A stretch of 13,068 nucleotides of DNA. Origin: a virus. Taxonomy: Duplodnaviria; Heunggongvirae; Uroviricota; Caudoviricetes. The stretch is from the IMG/VR virus record IMGVR_UViG_3300033156_001279, positions 1 through 13,068 of that record; one strand, 5' to 3'. The notes beneath the pieces were generated by a model. It saw only the letters and a program-made list of their open reading frames with translations, was not told where the DNA came from and ran no database searches. Positions 11,801 through 13,068 of this stretch are shown here, in pieces (within the stretch, counting starts at the first letter, position 1; every line of letters starts with the position of its first letter). A program made the position numbers and the translations under genes.

Positions 11801-13066
11801 TTTTCCGATTTCCTTAATCGCTTCGAGATGTTTCATCGTGAAATATCTATAAGGAATGTTCCCGGCTGAAGAGGTATCCTCTACATAATTAGAATCACCT
11901 CCCGCACCTGTCTCATCTGGAAAATAAGTAGTGGGTTCTATCATACAGGGGTCATAATCTCCATAAGTATCGTTTATACTAGAACGATAATTATCTAAGA
12001 TTTTTTTGATATGAGTATGGATAGGAACATTCTCCACCTCGAAAGCTAAATATTCACCCGTTTGTTGAAGAAAATCATTCTGAAGTTTTGAAATAGCACC
12101 TAAGCAAGTAATAGAAGTTCTTTCCTCGCCAGCTTCAATACTTGGGTCTATAGAAGTAATATATCCATGATAAACTAGAACTGGGTTCTTACTCCATTTA
12201 TTTCTAAAATATATTCTTATTTTACTATTTAGAGTAATATCCTCAGCCAAATCATCAATCTTATTGGTCAGAATCAGATTAACAGCACCAGACCCTCTAT
12301 ATAAAGTCTTCTCGATAGAAATTTCATCAGTGGCTTCGGTTAAAACCCTTTGATATTTATTGTTTCTATCATAAAGTTTTGTAATAATTTTTTTCGTTGG
12401 AGTTGTACTTTTACTGCTAGAACTTGAAGAGATGCTATGAGAGGAAAAACTTGAGGAACTTTTAGAAAGGGACGAAGAAGATATAGAGATACTCGAAAGA
12501 GAACTGGATGAGCTTGAGGAGAGAGAAAAACTAAAGGAAGAAGAAGAAAGACTAGAAGAACAAGAACTAAAAGAGGATGAACTGAAAGAAAAAGAACTTG
12601 AACTCCATGAAGAACTACATGAACTGGAAGAACTGGAAGAGAAACTAAAAGAGGAACTACTAAAAGAGATTGAGGAGGAACTTGATTTTGATGAGCATGA
12701 GGAACTCAAACTTGACAAACTTGAACTACTACTAGATGAACTAACAGACTCACTTGAAGAACTAAAAGATTTCGAACTAGCAGAATATGAAAAACTGCTA
12801 CTGCAAGAACTGGAAAAACTTAAAGAGGAAGAGGAAAAACTCGAGGAACTGCTGGAAACAGATTGAGAACTGGAACTCGAAAAACTTGAAATAGAAGAAC
12901 TTGAGGAAGAACTAGAAAAACTGCTACTTATGCTTGAAGAAGAAGTACTTACTGAAGCTCCTGGAATATAACAAGCTGTCCAAGTAAAATCTGAACTATA
13001 TTCGGGACTCCAGGTAATTCCTCCATCTGATGAATAGGCTCGATATCCCAATATGCCTTGGTAAGT
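8813..13066 (-). CDS. Large tail protein, 5'-truncated: Ser-rich linker, baseplate-hub/Tal-like domain, fibre repeats, C-terminal chaperone-like coil
   Basis: The frame is open to the window edge (…TYQGILGYRAY), so the track's TTG start at 13051 is probably an internal Leu. It has a hub-like segment (VYHGYITSIDP...LINTVYFW...FKLGQTVNI), the fibre motif MHGNRIKNLGTPSYSTDAATKAYVD, Gly/Ser/Thr beta repeats, and a C-terminal LGVVIQAVRELIKKVEFLE like S74/ICA chaperone tails. Confidence 0.85.
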   Translation of the reverse strand, partial: TYQGILGYRAYSSDGGITWSPEYSSDFTWTACYIPGASVSTSSSSISSSFSSSSSSSSISSFSSSSSQSVSSSSSSFSSSSLSFSSSCSSSFSYSASSKSFSSSSESVSSSSSSSSLSSLSSSCSSKSSSSSISFSSSSFSFSSSSSSSCSSSWSSSSFSFSSSSFSSCSSSLSSSSFSFSLSSSSSSSLSSISISSSSLSKSSSSFSSHSISSSSSSKSTTPTKKIITKLYDRNNKYQRVLTEATDEISIEKTLYRGSGAVNLILTNKIDDLAEDITLNSKIRIYFRNKWSKNPVLVYHGYITSIDPSIEAGEERTSITCLGAISKLQNDFLQQTGEYLAFEVENVPIHTHIKKILDNYRSSINDTYGDYDPCMIEPTTYFPDETGAGGDSNYVEDTSSAGNIPYRYFTMKHLEAIKEIGKFLPKNQAAANYWYYYLGDDGKFYLKKLSASADHTLQINKHIDNLSLRKNTEGLINTVYFWNEQGRTGEKVLTTAKDTDSQKLYDRIADRITDSKVSTYTQADLLAKARLNEAKDVKSELTITVSDANYDILSFKLGQTVNIRDTKKGTDLYPDDILVIQKIILTPNEAVLELSKPRPDLSTQVETDREYIDRQLIWFGDIMTRIDASRLEPGALHWITEDIKFTAPSNEEINWTGGTFQLPNGVDRVIESGSTGTMDSDTTYYLYLDEKNVWCGKDKDTPSSPEASGTGSVKAGENSLVDTGADWKKDQWKGYVLWVNPGSKPEKHIIAQNYEHEIIVEGHDPFNTTDESCSYEIYKLVLRKTTKLSKRGVQATAGSSTSLRDNALNETDDFWNGYELKILSGDNMGLTRTVTDFKANIRTLYFDALPYPITEGTWYELYLNPEGQILISTGAKNENTDGSAIQNPKQLAVVPDYQWEGSTRAWDALDSSNNLTTDLINDRLDTSARYIKGEFTFTESGALKIATDANNGLWISPTGILAKKEINGVPTNTFTVDNLGNATFSGDLTAATGTFGGTILGGATIVDTIASLIRDRANDAFQKSSDNSADIIQDPNNRFVTSNEKIGAKRAYYGLDVNYQITKGIVTNDLDSRNLPYSGVRIDQSGIFGRRSGSTSFFISSTGDAYFSGKLGASSVEAGNWLRFLDSSNRVSAHLYASNYDLLITGDQSVSDILINSGSSGAIGFSRGGDAKAVIGNEVEIDTIMDMHGNRIKNLGTPSYSTDAATKAYVDSQAGFSCSNLSSCQLNDLGTANGNYSMGGHSITNINYLYARTLCLSGYCRSTWPSAEKFSCSDLSSCTLANLKDCWKSNGGYHICDLGDIWPARDAYFELGYSWRKWYKVWRKYEGSCALPTNNSAIDVLKKITDPKKRKGEYGYRHYFEDNQFPDEMKMFATREGEKTGKGKKEIEHVQSLGVVIQAVRELIKKVEFLETKLKNT
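12407..12955 (-). repeat. Serine-rich low-complexity tract (183 codons, ~137 Ser)
   Basis: Hand count gives 46 non-Ser residues among 183 codons, mostly F/I/L/C/K. Both TCN and AGY codons are used. Confidence 0.95.
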
Positions 13067-13068
13067 GG

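Larger units (their letters stand above)
1..13068. mobile_element. Tailed bacteriophage / prophage genome segment (junction of early-accessory and late tail modules)
   Basis: Tail hub/fibre-like ORF with C-terminal chaperone-like coil, holin-like ORF, peptidase-SH3b, SSB-like ORF, free-standing HNH, many short tightly packed ORFs and no housekeeping genes. No integrase or att site is visible, so free phage versus prophage cannot be decided. Confidence 0.85.

Noticed and set aside
12441-12865. Long stop-free + strand frame encoding a convincing E/L-rich coiled coil (EEDIEILERELDELEERE...)
   Set aside because: It is an automatic result of the antisense Ser codons: TCN gives GAN (Asp/Glu) and AGY gives CTN (Leu) in the offset frame. 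There is no start codon.
1-13068. Stop-codon reassignment (code 15 or 25)
   Set aside because: Long genes are intact under code 11, and TGA and TAG end ORFs at sensible gene boundaries. Read-through at 952 gives nothing meaningful.

Overview
AT-rich fragment of a tailed-phage (or prophage) genome with a bacterial host, inferred from sigma70-type promoters, an SSB-like DEIPF tail, SH3b and holin-like genes. There are two convergent units. The + strand (1-6933) is a dense run of small early/accessory-type ORFs: DUF433-like, MucR-like zinc finger, several Cys/His zinc binders, a sigma70-r4-like HTH, a holin-like protein, an SSB-like protein, a SWIM protein and a papain-family peptidase-SH3b. The - strand (13068-7227) carries the 3' part of a large tail hub/fibre protein with a ~183-codon, ~75% serine tract, then small coiled-coil/membrane ORFs and a free-standing HNH endonuclease. 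The junction (6934-7930) is non-coding or regulatory and unusually structured. It holds a four-hairpin element, a bidirectional terminator, a perfect-consensus promoter for the HNH gene, a two-state leader containing a CxxC uORF, and signals for a ~130-nt antisense RNA. Several cassettes are bounded by direct repeats, and there is an in-phase A_AAA_AAG -1 frameshift candidate. All family names come from motif recognition by eye; no database searches or folding programs were run.
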